Numbered from the whole stretch's first letter, positions 1-12,977 are shown. The stretch is DNA of 63,450 nucleotides, filler included, from Octopus bimaculoides (GCF_001194135.2; 6 parts of 6 records of this genome joined end to end with filler, not necessarily neighbours in it), one strand, 5' to 3'. Notes: generated by a model not told the origin, from the sequence alone. Made by a program: numbers and translations.

Positions 1-37
<37 letters not shown>

Positions 38-436
38 GCATGCACGCACACACACACGCACACATACATGCTCCCCCCACCGCAAATGAAACACACATAT
101 ATCATGCTTACATGCATGTACGTTTTGTACGGTGTTGCATCGTTATACTTGCTTCCATTTCGCTTGGTCCGCTTTCAACGTACTTTTACGAATTGAAAGA
201 TCTTTAATCTAAGTTAGATTGTAGAAATGTACTTCCCAGACATTCTTAAAGAACCCCAACACACATAAACTCCATAAAATACACGTAGATGTATGTGTGG
301 GTGTGTGTGTGTTTATGTGTGTGTGCATGTGTGTGTTTATGTCTGTGTCTTGTGTGTGTGTTTGCGCGTGCATGTGTATGTTTGTGTATATATACATATA
401 TATATATACATGTACATATACATCTATGTATATATA

Positions 437-473
<37 letters not shown>

Positions 474-641
474 NNNNNNNNNNNNNNNNNNNNNNNNNNN
501 NNNNNNNNNNNNNNNNNNNNNNNNNNNNNNNNNNNNNNNNNNNNNNNNNNGAAAGAGAGAGAGAGGGAGAGAGAGAGGGAGAGAGAGAGGGAGAGAGAGA
601 TACCTACATAGGCAGAGAGATATACGTATATATACGTATAT

Positions 642-704
<63 letters not shown>

Positions 705-870
705 GAGAGAGGGAGAGAGAAAAAGCGAGAGAGGGAGAGAGAGAGTGAAACAGACAGACAGACATATAGATAGATAGATTGATAGTTAGATAGATAGATA
801 GATGGATAGATAGATTGATATATAGAGACATGCATGCATGCATACATAAGTACATACATACATAGGTATT
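1..870. repeat. Compound microsatellite block: (TA)n, (CA/TG)n, (GA)n, (GATA)n, interrupted by an N gap
   Basis: Directly visible di- and tetranucleotide runs; they generate the YI/CV/RE-type ORFs in the track. Confidence 0.95.
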
Positions 871-1516
871 TATTTATTTTGATACTGAAATATATAAATT
901 AAAAATCAATGAATCGTTTATATATATACTAATATGTGAACGTAATTGGAACATGCTTCTAGAATTCGCAGAAAACTAGAGAATTGTCAACTGCAGGAAG
1001 TTTGGAATTGTATTCTGATGAACAGTTCGTGGTCTATCAAAATTTAAAAAAAAAACTTAGCGTAGTGACGTTTCTTTTGTTCATCATTTGACTAATTTCG
1101 TTCGATTACAAAATGAATGAACTTGAAACAGATGCATTGTTGTCTTGTTTCAATATGGTTGAATGTAGTCTGTTGATAGTGAATTTTATAAGAATTTCCT
1201 ATTCAAGGAGGGTTACAAAAAAAATTGAACAACAAAATCGTTTAACTGTTCTTCATACCTCCTTCAGTCTCCCTTGTTTTTCTTTGTCTTTTTAGCATTC
1301 TTTTTTGTTTTGTTTTTTTTTTGTGTTTCCTTTGGTTCATTATTTATATAAAAGCTATTATATAATTTCTCAGTCTTTCATGGTTTACCAGCTTTACACA
1401 GACGTCTACACTGGTTATATAAATGATTGAATAAATAAATAAATACGTATGGTTTAAATTCAAAACCGACAATGTTACAGGTTGAACGTCGATTATTAAA
1501 AACAACTGAGTAAGTA

Positions 1517-1700
1517 AACTGGTTTCAAATTTTAGCACAAGGCCAGCAATTTTGATGGTAGTGCTAGTGGATTACTTCGAAACGAGTGCTCAACTGGTAC
1601 TTATTTTATCGAACCGATAGAATGAATGATAAAGTTGACCTCGGCGAAATATGAACGTAATGGCGAACGGAATGCCGCTCATCATTTTTACATACGTACC
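1517..1700 (-). mobile_element. SINE family B, degenerate copy
   Basis: Reverse complement matches the family B body seen at 52141-52515 and 55831-56053 (aactggtacttattttatcga...aaagttgacctcggc). Confidence 0.7.
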
Positions 1701-2443
1701 AGGTCTTTTGCTGGCAGCTGGCACACCCACACCTAATAATTATATTATTGCTCATATATATATATAGGACAGTAGGTACTTCACATCTAGTTATTCGAAT
1801 TCCACGTTACCGATCCTCAGACGAGAGACGGAGTGCCTTTCATACCCAGCTTGATGATCAGAAACGAGAAATTCGATGTGAGGTGCTTGCCGTCAAAATG
1901 TGGTGGGGCGTATACATATATATGTATATATATATAAATGTGTCTGTGTATATGTGTGTGTGTGTTTGTATGAGTGTGTGTGAGTGTGAGTGTGTATATA
2001 TATATACATATACATATATNNNNNNNNNNNNNNNNNNNNNNNNNNNNNNNNNNNNNNNNNNNNNNNNNNNNNNNNNNNNNNNNNNNNNNNNNNNNNNNNN
2101 NNNNNNNNNNNNNNNNNNNNNNNNNNNNNNNNNNNNNNNNNNNNNNNNNNNNNNNNNNNNNNNCATTGGATTTAGACATTTGGCACTTCTTCAGGAGTGG
2201 TTACCATTCGAACCAAACACGAAAAAACACATACATAACTATAATTAAATCCTTAGAATCTCGTTAGATTTCATCTTTGTTATTATAGGGGAGACAACTC
2301 CTTAATTTTCTATTTTTATTGCTCTCCTGTGGATTTCCACTAGATTAATTAATTATTTTGTTTATTTCTCTTTACTATACTATATTACCCGTTCCTTTAC
2401 CCGTATACATATGCATACATACACTTTACCCGTATACTTATCC

Positions 2444-2474
<31 letters not shown>

Positions 2475-4082
2475 CACGTGTGCATCCGAAAACTTAATCT
2501 CCGGCATTTGTTCAGCATGTTTAGGAGTTTACGAGTTTTATTTTTCAAGCACAAGATCCAAATTTTGGGCGAAGTGGAAAAGTTTCTACTACCATAACAA
2601 ATGCTTCTGCGTGTTACCGAGACATTCTTCTAAGCAAACAACTCTAGACTTGTTTTCTAAACAAGAAATCTACCAGTTCGTCTACGAGTGCTTGTGAATT
2701 GGCGATAGCGTCTACAAGTGATGGTGTGTGCAAGTTTAGTAATAGTGAAAGTGAATAAGAAAACGATTATAATAATATTTTTTACTATAAATGATCTTGA
2801 CTTTCTTTTTACTTTACATAAATTATTCTTCTACTGTTGTTTTATTGCCATTTCTTTACGAGTATTATAAATTTTACAGGTAAGATATTTTGCGGGGGAC
2901 CGGATTACGATTTATAACATTGCTACTATGGGAAATTATTGCTCTGCTTTACAAGTTTTCACATTATGAGCGGTCTCCGGGAACAAATTAACTCGTATCT
3001 CGAGGCATTATTGTGTTGTCGGTCTAATCGATTAATACCCACCCCAACAAAAAATATCCGGCTCTGAGCCAACAGCAGAAAGGATTGTATTTGTATTTGA
3101 CATGGCATTTGTATATTCTTAGGACGTACATACGATACGATAAAGAATGAGCTTTTGATATGCTTTTGACTTAATGTTGTATAATTTGGAATTAATTTAA
3201 TAAATAAGCAGCAGTGAGGTGTGTGTCCTTAGGTTCAATCGCAGATTTGCATGCTAAATTTATTCATGAATCAGGTAGTTCAGAAACCGTCACATTAAGT
3301 TATTATGAATGGGCTTAATGGCATGATGATGTATAACATTTAAATTGGAGATCAAGTAGCTTTTAAAAAGCCATTCTGTCAATGCCACATACGCCGAGAA
3401 TTAGATTTATAGCAGAGGATTAGAAGTTCCGCTCTGTAATGTAGTTGATATGAACATATGCAAGAACAGGCATGTTTTTAATATAGTAAAATGATATACT
3501 GCATTTAAAAAATAGGAAAAATGAAGTAAAATAATGTCAAGAAGAGGATGAATAACAGAAATTACAAAATATAATATAAAGATAGTATATTATATTATAT
3601 TATATCATATCATATTATATTATATCATATTATATTATATTATATCATATTATGTTATATTATATTATATAATGTAATATTAATATATGCACCTGAGCTG
3701 AAAATACGTGTGTGTATAACATTTATAATGTATATGCAAGCGTAGGAAAGAACTATCACTAAAATATTTTCTCTCAGACAAAATAATAGAGCGCCCGCCA
3801 TTCCACATTTCTATACATATTGTTATATACACCAGGATTTTATATAACCGTATTTTCTGGCAAACAAGTCAAATTTTTCAGACCAAAGTTTTTAGTTGAA
3901 AAACATGGTGGGTCGATTTATACTCTAGGACGAATTTGGCGGACCAAAAACTTCCTTGTGAAAAGAAATGCAGCAGAATAGATAGATAGACAGACAGATA
4001 GACAGACAGATAGATAGACAGGGACAGGCAGAGACAGACAGACAGACAGACACACACACACACACACAGACAGACAGACAAA

Positions 4083-4115
<33 letters not shown>

Positions 4116-6170
4116 TAGATAGACAGACAGACAGACAGATAGATAGATAGATAGATAGATAGATGACAGGTAAGGACTGCAGACAAAAATGACAGCTTTC
4201 TAATTTTATTCCCTCCCCGGGTGTCACCAATTACACAACGTTTCTGTGAGCTTCTCTGTAAGTCTGCCCGTACCATTCTGGGTGTAATTACGTATTTCTG
4301 CGCGACGTACTTCCGTACAATCAATCATACAACTGTTTCTCTTTCGTGTCTATGTCTACGTACGCTGTGCACGTCATTGTTTTAGTGCTTCTGTGCCTCC
4401 GTACATTCGTATCTCGGTGTGACTTTGTACGTGTGGTTGGATATTAGGTCTCAGTAGATTACAGCACTACACCTCTGTGTGTTGCTTTGTGTTTCTACGT
4501 CTGAGCGCCTGCTATATATATATATANNNNNNNNNNNNNNNNNNNNNNNNNNNNNNNNNNNNNNNNNNNNNNNNNNNNNNNNNNNNNNNNNNNNNNNNNN
4601 NNNNNNNNNNNNNNNNNNNNNNNNNNNNNNNNNNNNNNNNNNNNNNNNNNNNNNNNNNNNNNNNNNNNNNNNNNNNNNNNNNNNNNNNNNNNNNNNNNNN
4701 NNNNNNNNNNNNNNNNNNNNNNNNNNNNNNNNNNNNNNNNNNNNNNNNNNNNNNNNNNNNNNNNNNNNNTATATATATATATATATGTATATGTGTGTGT
4801 ATACGTATATATATATATATATGCGTGTGTATGTATATATGCATATATGTATGTATTTATGTATGTATGTATGTATGTATGTATGTATGTATGTATGTAT
4901 GTGTGTATGTATGCACGATTGCAATAGAGTACAGGACAATAGAATATAGAAATCAATGCCGAGCTTACAAGAGACTGTCTATTGTGTACAACATAGACAT
5001 TATTCATAAGCAATTTGCAATTCATTAATATCTGATGCCGGCCGACATTCTGTATAACGAGACGTGTGAATTAGAGGATTTAAAAAATTTCCTATGGCAC
5101 TGTAAGTGGATTGGAGTCTTGTGTTGGTATTATAGAAACTTGTGTGTTCGTGTGTGCATGCGTATGTGCGTCTGTGTGTTTGTGATTGTGTGTGTGTGAA
5201 CGAGCGCGTAGTGTTTCCCTGTGTGTGTGGATATATGCATACACACACACACACACACACACANNNNNNNNNNNNNNNNNNNNNNNNNNNNNNNNNNNNN
5301 NNNNNNNNNNNNNNNNNNNNNNNNNNNNNNNNNNNNNNNNNNNNNNNNNNNNNNNNNNNNNNNNNNNNNNNNNNNNNNNNNNNNNNNNNNNNNNNNNNNN
5401 NNNNNNNNNNNNNNNNNNNNNNNNNNNNNNNNNNNNNNNNNNNNNNNNNNNNNNNNNNNNNNNNNNNNNNNNNNNNNNNNNNNNNNNNNNNNNNNNNNNN
5501 NNNNNNNNNNNNNNNNNNNNNNNNNNNNNNNNNNNNNNNNNNNNNNNNNNNNNNNNNNNNNNNNNNNNNNNNNNNNNNNNNNNNNNNNNNNNNNNNNNNN
5601 NNNNNNNNNNNNNNNNNNNNNNNNNNNNNNNNNNNNNNNNNNNNNNNNNNNNNNNNNNNNNNNNNNNNNNNNNNNNNNNNNNNNNNNNNNNNNNNNNNNN
5701 NNNNNNNNNNNNNNNNNNNNNNNNNNNNNNNNNNNNNNNNNNNNNNNNNNNNNNNNNNNNNNNNNNNNNNNNNNNNNNNNNNNNNNNNNNNNNNNNNNNN
5801 NNNNNNNNNNNNNNNNNNNNNNNNNNNNNNNNNNNNNNNNNNNNNNNNNNNNNNNNNNNNNNNNNNNNNNNNNNNNNNNNNNNNNNNNNNNNNNNNNNNN
5901 NNNNNNNNNNNNNNNNNNNNNNNNNNNNNNNNNNNNNNNNNNNNNNNNNNNNNNNNNNNNNNNNNNNNNNNNNNNNNNNNNNNNNNNNNNNNNNNNNNNN
6001 NNNNNNNNNNNNNNNNNNNNNNNNNNNNNNNNNNNNNNNNNNNNNNNNNNNNNNNNNNNNNNNNNNNNNNNNNNNNNNNNNNNNNNNNNNNNNNNNNNNN
6101 NNNNNNNNNNNNNNNNNNNNNNNNNNNNNNNNNNNNNNNNNNNNNNNNNNNNNNNNNNNTATATATATAA

Positions 6171-6201
<31 letters not shown>

Positions 6202-6379
6202 CTTTTAGTCTTGATAGAACATGTGAACCCATTTATCTGGTGCACAACACAATACGGTGGATGAAGTGGCTAGATATGTTTATATCAACTGCTCAGAGAT
6301 TACCACCGAACTGAGATGTTCACTGTAATCGTAAACAGCTCAGCCCAGGGATGAGGTAAACCTTTGAGTAGAGTAGCAG

Positions 6380-6449
<70 letters not shown>

Positions 6450-6451
6450 TA

Positions 6452-6633
6452 AAACAGTACGTGGAACAAATAGGGGCTGCAATAAAGGTGGAGCACTTGC
6501 AGAAAGCATCACTGCTTGGAACCGCTCGAATACTCTGGATGGTGCTCGAGAAAAAAGGGGTGTTACCTTAGTTCGCTGGCAGTGAACAGCTGACACTGTA
6601 GTACATCTCCAGTGTTAGAAGCTGTTCAAAGGC
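6452..6633 (+). mobile_element. 3' end of a 5'-truncated R4/Dong-clade RLE non-LTR retrotransposon, embedded in (AAT)n
   Basis: 6452-6571 translates KQYVEQIGAAIKVEHLQKASLLGTARILWMVLEKKGVLP*, matching the typical R4/Dong C-terminus (LQKxxLLGTARIL). A short 3' UTR follows. (AAT)n lies on both sides. Confidence 0.8.
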
Positions 6634-7480
6634 AATAATAATAATAATAACAATTATAATAATAACAGAAACAATTAGTAGACCATTAGGTAAGAGGATT
6701 TACAAGTATATATAACATAGAGAAAATAGCACTACTAGGTATCGCACGCATCCTACCTAAATCACTTTGAATAAGAGCACCACAACGAACCACGGTACAA
6801 ACCCAAGTCACACACGTGATAAAAATAAAACTATAATGATTTTGTTTTAAATAATGATTTTGTTTTAAATAATGATAAATGCTCTGATTCAGTACCAGGC
6901 ACTGGCTCTCATGGCTTCTGATCTTAACTGATTGGAAGTGTTGTCGTGTACATTGTTTTGTCTTTTTATAAAAGATGGGCTACAACAAATATTCTGCTCA
7001 ATACCACAGATTTGCTTGTCACTTGTTTGACCTTAAACAGTTGAGCATGTCTCTTGGTGGCTGATGATATGTGCATCTCTGATCACGAGCAGAAGTAGCG
7101 GGGGTGCATCATAGCCATGTGTCGGGAGGAATTCTTTGGGGTTTGAATAATTCACCTCTGGAAACATGGGTGTTTCGTTCAACATCCTTAAACAACCCTT
7201 AACCAGGGACTATTTGAGCGGCATGGGCTACTTGACTTGAAGAAAATTCTAACTTGGCCCCACCTGCAAGGTTTGCGCTGCTAATCGTGATATGATGTGT
7301 CGCGCACATACAGTTGTGATGTATGTGCCTTGTGTACCCTTATCAGATGGGTAGTCATGATGGGTATACACTTACACACGAGGAAGGTAACAAAGAGAAA
7401 AGGTAGAAAACCACACCAGCCGGACAAGCTTTAACAAAGAATGTATTTGATTATTGCCTGAAAAGAAGGGAAAAATTTTT

Positions 7481-7508
7481 GACGTTTCGGACAAATGTCT
7501 TTCATCAG
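7481..7508 (-). ncRNA. Minimal type-I hammerhead-like motif with degenerate stem I
   Basis: Minus strand reads CTGATGA-AAGAC-ATTT-GTCC-GAAAC-GTC: intact core, GAC/GTC stem II, palindromic ACGT stem III. The flanks do not pair well. Confidence 0.5.
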
Positions 7509-8105
7509 AGGATAGATAGAGAAATATAAAAAAAGTGCGCGACTGAATAAGAAAATGTTATTGAGGAGAAAAATTGGAATTTAGGGGGCTTGGTGAGAAT
7601 ACCGTTCTACTTTTAAAACTTATGAGAAAATATTTTGCATAGTGCAAATATTTTCTGATTTGGACACAGTGAATTGATAGGGTGACTGAGTTTCGCCCTA
7701 GGATGAGCGTCTGACATATATATACATATATACATACACACATGCATACATACATACATACATACATACATACATACATACATACAAAGTATATTCTTGA
7801 ACTTCCCGACAAACCAGAACGCGAAACTCTGAGTAGCAGATTTTGTGATGTTTTCGCAGCTTTAATAAAAAAGTGTGTGTGTGTGTGTGTAGGTTTTCCG
7901 AAGCATGAGTATATATATATATATATATATNNNNNNNNNNNNNNNNNNNNNNNNNNNNNNNNNNNNNNNNNNNNTTAATTAATTAANNNNNNNNNNNNNN
8001 NNNNNNNNNNNNNNNNNNNNNNNNNNNNNNTATATATATATATATATAAATATGATATACATACCTTTATATTTATGTTCACATGCATCTCACTTTATAT
8101 ATATT

Positions 8106-8144
<39 letters not shown>

Positions 8145-8921
8145 ATGAGTGTACAAATATGTATGCAAGTAAGTAGGTATATAAGTATGTATCTATGTAT
8201 GATGGATGAATGGAGGGGTTTATGTATGTACCTAAGTGTGTATGTATGTATATATGTCTGTATGTATGTATATATGTATGTATATATGTATGTATGCATG
8301 TATGTATGTGTGTGCGTACGTATGTTATAATATGTATAACTTGGTGTTATTTACTTCTATTTAGATACGTATTTATAGAATTCTGTTTCAGAAATAACAT
8401 CATGAAGTATGGAAATGTCGAAAAAGATCTTCTCCGAGGGAATCTGAAACGTGGTTTAGATGTAAATATATCCTAACTTGGCAGTTTGGTGCTAAAGTTT
8501 TGACGTTTTCCAGCTTTAACGAAGAATTGTTTAAATAAGAATTGTTTTTAACATAGAAGGCTAGAAATATGTGTGGAATGGCAAACCGTTTAAATTGCCC
8601 AGTGCTTCAGTGATGGTTTATTTTATAGTGCCCATAGGAATAACGGTCGAAATTCACGTGGTTGGGCTTCAAACTTTGAAGATAAATAACGAAATTTAAT
8701 CCCTCATGATAGGTCCGAAACAATAACTATTCTGCCAGTTCCGTTGTGTTTAGTAATGGTTTGGTACAAGGCAGGAAATTTCAACTGAAGTAGAAAGAGT
8801 TGCTAACTAGCCGCTACAGAGGATCAATGTCTGTATCTCTCTAATTCCGACTGATCGCTGTGTGCCATTAAGCCATTTTGGGAGAGGATTAAGCCATTTA
8901 TATCGAGAATTAAGTCATCTA

Positions 8922-9052
8922 CATGGCTCAACTGGTACTAAAGGATGAAAGGTAAAGACGACCTCGGCAGAATTTGAACTCAGAACGTAAGAACGGACGA
9001 AATGCTGCCTATACATGTTGCACGACGTGCTAACGATTCTGCCATCACATCC
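8922..9052 (-). mobile_element. SINE family B, partial copy
   Basis: aactggtact...gatgaaaggtaaagacgacctcggcagaatttgaactcagaacgtaag...gtgctaacgattctgcc is the reverse complement of the family B head and body. Confidence 0.75.
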
Positions 9053-10313
9053 AATTCTATTGTCTTTAAAAATAAAACAAATTTGAAAGAAGGTTTTTAA
9101 TTGGTATAACCCGCGCAGGCCGAGAACATCTATTTTCACCTATTCTGGAAAGATGAAAGACAAAGTTCCCCTGGATCGGATTTGAACTGAAAACGAAAAA
9201 TCGGAACAAATGCTTACAGGATCTTTTTTGCTAATTCACCATTAACCAATAATAAAGAAATTTGTTTCTAACACAGAGTCAAACGTTAGGGTTAAATTCG
9301 TTTCAAACAGCCATTGGTGCTAAAACTATATATACCAGAGTGGATGTAATTTTCATTCTCTCTGTTAAACAATGCATTCTATGGACCAATTTCACTCATT
9401 GATAGAAATAATTATCAGATATTTTCGCAAAAGGTCGAATTTTTTGTTTAATTTCACTATATATATGATAATTATATTTTCGTTATTCGAAGAGCAATTT
9501 GCAAAACTGAATGTCAACTGAGAACTTAAATTGAATTAATATTGCAAAAATGGCAGAACTCTTCTTTTTTTTTTTTCAACCGTCATTATACTAGAAACGA
9601 AATGAAACAATGCTGTGATGCTAGAATTTTAATATAATTNNNNNNNNNNNNNNNNNNNNNNNNNNNNNNNNNNNNNNNNNNNNNNNNNNNNNNNNNNNNN
9701 NNNNNNNNNNNNNNNNNNNNNNNNNNNNNNNNNNNNNNNNNNNNNNNNNNNNNNNNNNNNNNNNNNNNNNNNNNNNNNNNNNNNNNNNNNNNNNNNNNNN
9801 NNNNNNNNNNNNNNNNNNNNNNNNNNNNNNNNNNNNNNNNNNNNNNNNNNNNNNNNNNNNNNNNNNNNNNNNNNNNNNNNNNNNNNNNNNNNNNNNNNNN
9901 NNNNNNNNNNNNNNNNNNNNNNNNNNNNNNNNNNNNNNNNNNNNNNNNNNNNNNNNNNNNNNNNNNNNNNNNNNNNNNNNNNNNNNNNNNNNNNNNNNNN
10001 NNNNNNNNNNNNNNNNNNNNNNNNNNNNNNNNNNNNNNNNNNNNNNNNNNNNNNNNNNNNNNNNNNNNNNNNNNNNNNNNNNNATATATATATATATATA
10101 CCAAGTACATGGAGAAATACCCACATAGCTAGATAGGTTTTGCAGTATTACCTGATAAAATGAATCAATGATTAACCGGATGCCCACGGATAATACGAAC
10201 TATGTTGTGTTATTCCCAATATTACCGTCTCTGATGTCAAAACCATGTGATTTGTGGAAACGGGCCTAGCAACGTAGTTAATATTTATACATTCCATCCT
10301 ACAATTTTATATA

Positions 10314-10625
10314 TATTTTAAACATACCCTTCTCTACCCTAAGTGTTAACGTCCGTTAAAATAGCCCCTACATTTCGGTTCACTTTCTACGTAGCACTGA
10401 ATCACTATCCTGTCTTCTTCACTGGTCCACTTCTTCCTCCTGGCTCTATTAGGATAACTTCCTCCTCCATGCTGTATTAGGATAACAGCTGTGGTCAGTC
10501 TGCAACTTTAATGACCCACTACCAAGCTAGATGTCTTCGCTTAATGTTCCAGCTTCATTTTGGCTGTTACAACCAGAGTTTCTTCGGAAACTCCTGTCTC
10601 ACATAAACTGAGGTAAGGTAACGTT
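10314..10625 (-). mobile_element. 5' (N-terminal) fragment of an R4/Dong-clade retrotransposon ORF, frameshifted
   Basis: Minus strand 10444->10314 reads ARRKKWTSEEDRIVIQCYVESEPKCRGYF, then after a 1-nt deletion RTLTLRVEKGMFKI. This resembles the R4/Dong N-terminal motif KWT.EE...VM.CY..SEP..RGY..RM..LW.EKGMF (family motif from recall). Confidence 0.65.
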
Positions 10626-10985
10626 CGTCACCATCATCATCATCACCACTATTTTTCGAGATCTGAAATTTTCCAGCAACTTTCTATTACCTTATTTGTT
10701 GCACTTTTGTGCTGGTGTGGCGACGTGTGCTGCATTTTTTAGAGAGTAGTGGATAATGTATTGTATCAGTACGTTTTGTTATAGGGTTTGGTTTGAGTCT
10801 TCTGTTGTATAAGTTTTTGTATTGCGTGTTGTTTGCGTAGAGCCTGTTGTGTTCTTCAGTCGGTTATCGGCCTTTTATGTCACATGTTGTGGGTTTTGTT
10901 CATTTTGTTGGGTATTCATAGTATGAGCTTATTCTTGTGTGTTCTTGGTTGAGTGTTGTATAGTAGTGTGTGTATGTAAATCATA

Positions 10986-11317
10986 AATCAACCATTTCAT
11001 AGTATTTATGATTATCAGTCTGTCTTTCTTTCTATTTTGGTTGAGTTTGTTATAGATTCCGTTTTCCCAGCGTTTACATTTTTATCTGAACAGCGCCTAT
11101 GGACATGTGTTGATGTTTCGTTCGTAGTTATAATCATAATTATAATTATTATTGATGTATCATCAATCAACTATTTCATAGCATTTATGATTACCTGTCC
11201 GTCGTTCTTTCTCTTTCGCTTGGTTTTGTTGTGAGTTCCGTCGTTACAGCGTTTACTTTTTTAACTGATCACCGCCCATGGACATGTGCTGATGTATTTT
11301 TCGTAGTTATAATTATA
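10986..11317. repeat. Diverged tandem duplication, period about 179 bp, running into an N gap
   Basis: aatcaac(c/t)atttcatag(t/c)atttatgatta...cagcgtttac...tggacatgtg(t/c)tgatgt...cgtagttataat starts at 10986 and again at 11165. Confidence 0.85.
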
Positions 11318-11917
11318 NNNNNNNNNNNNNNNNNNNNNNNNNNNNNNNNNNNNNNNNNNNNNNNNNNNNNNNNNNNNNNNNNNNNNNNNNNNNNNNNNNN
11401 NNNNNNNNNNNNNNNNNNNNNNNNNNNNNNNNNNNNNNNNNNNNNNNNNNNNNNNNNNNNNNNNNNNNNNNNNNNNNNNNNNNNNNNNNNNNNNNNNNNN
11501 NNNNNNNNNNNNNNNNNNNNNNNNNNNNNNNNNNNNNNNNNNNNNNNNNNNNNNNNNNNNNNNNNNNNNNNNNNNNNNNNNNNNNNNNNNNNNNNNNNNN
11601 NNNNNNNNNNNNNNNNNNNNNNNNNNNNNNNNNNNNNNNNNNNNNNNNNNNNNNNNNNNNNNNNNNNNNNNNNNNNNNNNNNNNNNNNNNNNNNNNNNNN
11701 NNNNNNNNNNNNNNNNNNNNNNNNNNNNNNNNNNNNNNNNNNNNNNNNNNNNNNNNNNNNNNNNNNNNNNNNNNNNNNNNNNNNNNNNNNNNNNNNNNNN
11801 NNNNNNNNNNNNNNNNNNNNNNNNNNNNNNNNNNNNNNNNNNNNNNNNNNNNNNNNNNNNNNNNNNNNNNNNTGATCTATCCTTCCAGCACCACGCTGTG
11901 GACACGTCCATTCTGCT

Positions 11918-11925
11918 TGGTATTT

Positions 11926-11987
<62 letters not shown>

Positions 11988-12124
11988 TGATGATTTAATA
12001 CATATTTTACCTGTGAATTTGCGTGTGTAAACTGGGAATGAATAAAATGAGCTTCTCTGCCCTAGGTGTACGGAAAACACTCAGCAAGAAATGGAAGGAA
12101 ATTTGAAGAAAGAAGAAAAAACAC

Positions 12125-12182
<58 letters not shown>

Positions 12183-12190
12183 TAATAATA
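11918..12190. repeat. Two (AAT)n microsatellites separated by about 140 bp of unique sequence
   Basis: Directly visible. Confidence 0.9.
12011..12031 (-). CDS. Candidate 21-nt microexon (unknown gene)
   Basis: Minus strand: ctcattttattcattcccag|TTTACACACGCAAATTCACAG|gtaaaa. Strong acceptor, CAG|GT donor, length a multiple of 3. No homology evidence. Confidence 0.2.
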
Positions 12191-12696
12191 GTCTAGTAGT
12201 TCGACAAATCAAGATCGATAAATATTTATTCCAATTAGTGGTTCCGTTGCGATCGTCAAAACGTTGAAATTACTTTTAATGTGGAGTTTTGCCAAGCTTT
12301 TTTAAAAGGCAACTACGAAGCAGCGAGACAGAAATCTCCACTAGGTATGTCCATCTGAGGAGTAATGTCACCCAGAAAATATTAGAAATAATGCTCTGAC
12401 GTCTTCTAAATATGTTAGTATTGGATAATGTATCTCTAGCTGTCTGAAGTTGGAATAAAAGGCGGGATGGTCGCAACTGGAAGGCTGTTCATCGTACATC
12501 TTCTCAGGCAAGACTGACAATAACAACCATCAAAGTATTGTTACTGGGGTTGAATGGATGTCATAAAACTAGAATATAAAGATGAAAATAATGCGAAACC
12601 GTCACCGAAATTGACGGCTATGGAATATTCTGGCAATGATATTCAATAAGAAGTGATGAATTACAGAGTCGACATTAATAATTCTTTCTCTGTTAG

Positions 12697-12816
12697 ACTT
12701 CCAAAATACATTAATGTAGACGAAGAGGAGGAGGAGGAAGAGGAGGTACAGCCGGGGCGGGAAGACCAGGAAGATAGAAAAGAGGTGGAAAAAGCGTCCA
12801 ACTATGATGGAAATTG
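12697..12816 (+). CDS. Candidate 120-nt exon, acidic peptide LPKYINVDEEEEEEEEVQPGREDQEDRKEVEKASNYDGN
   Basis: ttctttctctgttag acceptor and TG|gtaaaa donor; open only in the phase 2-2 frame. Could be a chance GAG repeat. Confidence 0.25.
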
Positions 12817-12916
12817 GTAAAAAAAAAAGAAAAAAGTTTTCCTAAATTCTATAAGAAATAAAACGAGTACAAAAATACCATCACAAAACAACAACAACGA
12901 TAACAATAACAATAAC

Positions 12917-12977
<61 letters not shown>

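Noticed and set aside
2461-2760. Open frame ...FSSTRSKFWAKWKSFYYHNKCFC... vaguely like a GPCR C-terminus
   Set aside because: No recognisable motif or splice pair; open frames of this length are expected by chance.
6836-7372. GC-richer segment that I recall as a common octopus interspersed repeat, ending in an 18-bp tandem duplication
   Set aside because: No second copy or diagnostic motif in the window, so the class cannot be supported here.
7975-7986. TTAATTAATTAA island centred in N runs (also 25471, 31322, 55744, 59190)
   Set aside because: An identical 12-mer between roughly 50-N pads five times is a scaffolding spacer, not biology.
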